The notes under the pieces: generated by a model
Seen by the model: the letters and a program-made list of their open reading frames with translations, nothing else
What the model was told of the DNA's origin: nothing
Databases searched by the model: none
In this document: one piece after another, positions 60,839 through 64,000 of the stretch
Numbering within the stretch: position 1 is the stretch's first letter
How the letters are laid out: every line of letters starts with the position of its first letter
Translations under genes and position numbers: made by a program
Origin: Macrostomum hystrix
Lineage: Eukaryota > Animalia > Platyhelminthes
DNA: 64,000 bases
NCBI GenBank assembly: GCA_950097015.1
Contig: CATNEN010000033.1
Location: 2,170,001 to 2,234,000 of the forward strand
Direction: 5' to 3'

Positions 60839-63008
60839 GACTGTCGAACCTTCCGTCTGCCGCAGCCAGGCAGCGTGGCAACCGCCACGAGCTCCGCGCT
60901 GACATCATCCAGCTCCGGTCTGGTGAGTCCACTGCGGATGCACCACCCCAACAAAGTCCTGGTGCCGTCCACGACAAGCGCGGGCTCCCAAGCCGCCTCA
61001 GACAGCGGCAGCGGAGTTGAAATAGCAGCCGGTTACCCTGGCAAACAATCCCGTTTTACATTGCCACCGGCCGGAGTTCGAATCCTGAGATCTGCAACGA
61101 CCGCCTCCTCGCGACTGCCGACGGCTCAACAGAAGCGACAGGAGGTGAAGCAGGAGCCAACTGTTGTCACGGATACCAAAGACAAAGAAAGCTCGGTCGA
61201 TTGCGACAAAGATGCAAACTCCGACGAGGCAGAGGCTGCCGATGGCGCTGTACCTCGACAGCCGCGTCAGCGTCGCAACACTTTTTGTCTGGAGCCGCCC
61301 GAGCCACCCAGCGATGCTGACTTCAGCGAGATCATCGAAGCCGAGGCTGACGTAATCGCTGATTTCGCCGCCTCGCTTGCCAGCGCAGATACAGGTGACC
61401 ATTTTACCAAAAGGGGAAAATTCCTGCGATTTCCTGAGAATGTAGGCGAGAGAATCTGCCCTAACAATCGCGACCATTGCAGGGTATTGTCTGACTGAGT
61501 CTAAAGAGCGGGACACTCAGGCCACGGCAGCGAGCACCGATTCGGCTGCTACTGGACCCGATCCAGCACACGCTCCAGCACCCGCTCCGGTGACCCCAGC
61601 CCCTACAACCTCGGCATCCAGAACCCCAACAGGTTTGCGGAAGCCATCGACGTTGACAACCGTAACGACGCCAAATTCGACTTCGCAATTGGCCAAGCGG
61701 TCCGGCATTCTTGCTCCGTCAGCGGTTTCTGGTGCGAGGCAAGCAACACAGCCGAGGGCGACAGCCAGCGCTGCAGCTACCGCATTTTCGGTTGTCAAGA
61801 CAGCGCCACACAAACAGCTGCCGCAGCCAACGCCTCGTTCGAATCGTCGGGCCAGCTTTCCAGCCACCGATGACTCGGCCTCTTCCGTCGCCATGGAGTC
61901 GGAAAATCCGAGAGCCGGCTCAAAGGCGCCACCTGCTTCGTCTCGTCGCCAGTCGGCCCTGCCGGCGACGAACAAGCTTAAGGCACCGACCACGGCGACG
62001 TCTGTCGCAACACCGCCTCGACGCTCCATTCCTTCAGCTGGCAAGCTGTCCGCCGCCCAGGCGACAGTTTCGACGACTGCGGTTTCAAACCCAAGCGCCG
62101 GTTAGTGATAAGCCAGTTAATTCCACAGCGTCAGATCCTTTCACTTCCAATCATTCCTAATTGATTATTTGAGTTTCAGTTTGTGAACTATGCCTTTTCA
62201 CACAGCCGATCTGTTCTAGGCGAATAAATGCGAGTGCAATTCTGATTCTTGCTTGACTTGCACACTTGCTAACTCGCATGAGTTCGGATTGCCAGAGCTT
62301 GAGTTCTCTGTCAGTGCTGCGCCCTTACTCTTAGCCTAGCAAGGCCACTAAATCGATCGCTGCTCCCTTGCATTCAGGCTGGGCTCTCCTTTTGTCAAAC
62401 TTCGTCTTACCCATACGGCACAGACTGCTGAGCAATTCAGGAATGTTGAGTCAGTGTCTGAGAGTCAACGTTTCACCCGCTGTAACCCTAGCATTGTGTG
62501 CCCAGTTCGGTGAACCCAGCAATGTTCACAGGGCTAGTACCATTTTTTTGTAGAATAATTAGTAGCTAGCAATCGTGGTTTCATTCGTAAGTACATGTGG
62601 GTGCCGCCCCACCGAAGAGCACGCTATTCATCACACGGGCCACCTCACTGGTCACACAGCGCCTCAATGGGCACTGTCTATGGGCGAGCATCACGACCGG
62701 CGCCACGCTGAAACCAAAGTAATAATGGCCGTGGCAGTAATAATGACATTACAGATTCTTATAGCAGCCGTGGTATTTGTATTGTCACAGTGGTAAAACT
62801 CATGCTGTCACCGTTGCTCACTGCCCATATCGCTACACACATTTTGGTCTCTAAATCTCAAATTCCCCATTGTCGGCAGCGGCCCCGGCTTTCAGGCTCG
62901 CCACGGTGCGGCCAGTGGGCCAGTCGGGTCGCCTGGTCTCCAAGGCTGTGGAATCGTTGACCACGGCCTCTTCCACATCGTCTGTGTCCTCGGCACGAAG
63001 CGGAGCCG

Positions 63009-63042
<34 letters not shown>

Positions 63043-63727
63043 TGCAGTAGCCAATTCTGGGGTTGCCAGGAAGTCGGCCAAGGTAAATATAGAAAAGAAA
63101 TTTTGTTGTCCTTGGTTTCGCCAAGCTGAGTTTCGCTTACCTGGCCGCCTTGCTCGCCTCTCGCGTATGAAATTTCAGGCCATCATCGGCAACTATCCGC
63201 AGGTCAAGGTACTCAAATGAAATTTGAGTGCTTTGTATATACTACTCGTTTTTCAATGAGTAGTATGCATTGTGTGATATGAAAAAACAAAAGAATTGTT
63301 TAAAAAACTAGATTCTTGTGCGGTAGCAGATTTCAACACCCACGCACAATGGTTGTTGCTGATTTTCAATCCCCAAATCCCCAACACAAACACCTGAAAT
63401 CCTAAACACAAACACCTGAAATCCCCAAAACAAACAATTAAAATCCCGAACACAAACATCTGGAATTCCCAACACACGCAGGCCGGTCTGCTCGCGGCCG
63501 GCAAGTCGCGGCCTCCTCAGCCAGCCGCCGGCGGTCGTCGTAGATCCGTGGCGAGCAGCTCGAAGGCTTCGTCCGGCTGCAGCTCCCCGGCAGGTGGCTC
63601 CCAGCATCACTTGGCTCAGCAGCTTCATCACCAGTCCGGCCTGCAGCACAGGCGGCCGACCATTGTTGAGCTCGCGTCGGCCAGGGCGCAGCTGGACTCG
63701 GTGCAGCAGACCGCATGCGACCTGCAG
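60839..63727 (+). CDS. Ser/Thr/Ala/Pro-rich low-complexity protein with a C-terminal coiled-coil start (partial; 5' exon unresolved, continues beyond the window)
   Basis: Exons 60839-61394, 61483-62100, 62880-63082, 63482-63727 join in one open frame through GT-AG sites (phases 0, 1, 1, 0, 0); (GCC)n poly-Ala; no family recognised. Confidence 0.75.
63360..63470. repeat. Degenerate ~22-bp intronic repeat (AAATCCCCAACACAAACACCTG), ~5 copies
   Basis: Directly precedes the CACGCAG acceptor at 63481. Confidence 0.7.
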
Positions 63728-63734
63728 GTTAGGC

Positions 63735-64000
63735 TGGGATCTGGGAGATGAGATTTCACTGAGGCTGGTGTCGGATCTGGGAGATGAGATTTCACTGAGG
63801 CTGGTGTCGGATCTGGGGGATGAGATTTCACTGAGGCTGGTGTCGGATCTGGGGGATGAGATTTCACTGAGGCTGGTGTCGGATCTGGGGGATGAGATTT
63901 CACTGAGGCTGGTTTCGGATCTGGGGGATGAGATTTCACTGAGGCTGGTGTCGGATCTGGGGGATGAGATTTCACTGAGGCTGGTGTCGGATCTGGGGGA
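63735..64000. repeat. 36-bp intronic minisatellite (GAGATGAGATTTCACTGAGGCTGGTGTCGGATCTGG)n, runs off the window
   Basis: At least 7 copies, starting just after the donor at 63728. Confidence 0.95.

Noticed and set aside
280-64000. CRISPR-like arrays
   Set aside because: All arrays are head-to-tail repeats without unique spacers; eukaryotic context; no cas genes.

Overview
Eukaryotic (metazoan) genomic DNA with GC3-rich exons, AT-rich introns, GT-AG splicing and a heavy load of unrelated minisatellites (about 14 kb, roughly a fifth of the window). The style resembles the free-living flatworm Macrostomum; this is inference and was not verified. Spliced genes reconstructed by hand: a poly-Q PAR-like bZIP gene (-), PDIA3/ERp57 (+), CHMP1B (-), PGS1 (-, two apparent 1-nt frameshifts), a C1-RA-SARAH RASSF gene (+), TATDN1 (+), a CIMAP2/LEXM-like PGP-repeat gene (+) and a low-complexity coiled-coil gene running off the right end (+). 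Mobile DNA: a THAP/P-element transposon with 63-bp TIRs, a decayed Crypton-type tyrosine-recombinase element, an apparently intact IS630-Tc1-mariner element with unusual DD30E spacing, two MITEs, two copies of a tRNA-derived SINE and a possible LTR/PBS remnant. No CRISPR, rRNA or functional tRNA gene is supported. Most long ORFs in the supplied track are artefacts of tandem repeats. The best leads are the DD30E transposon, complete CpG loss in one SINE copy, an unrecognised domain after the short bZIP zipper, a 2.2-kb in-frame SASHSY repeat and a possible PGS1-CHMP1B operon.
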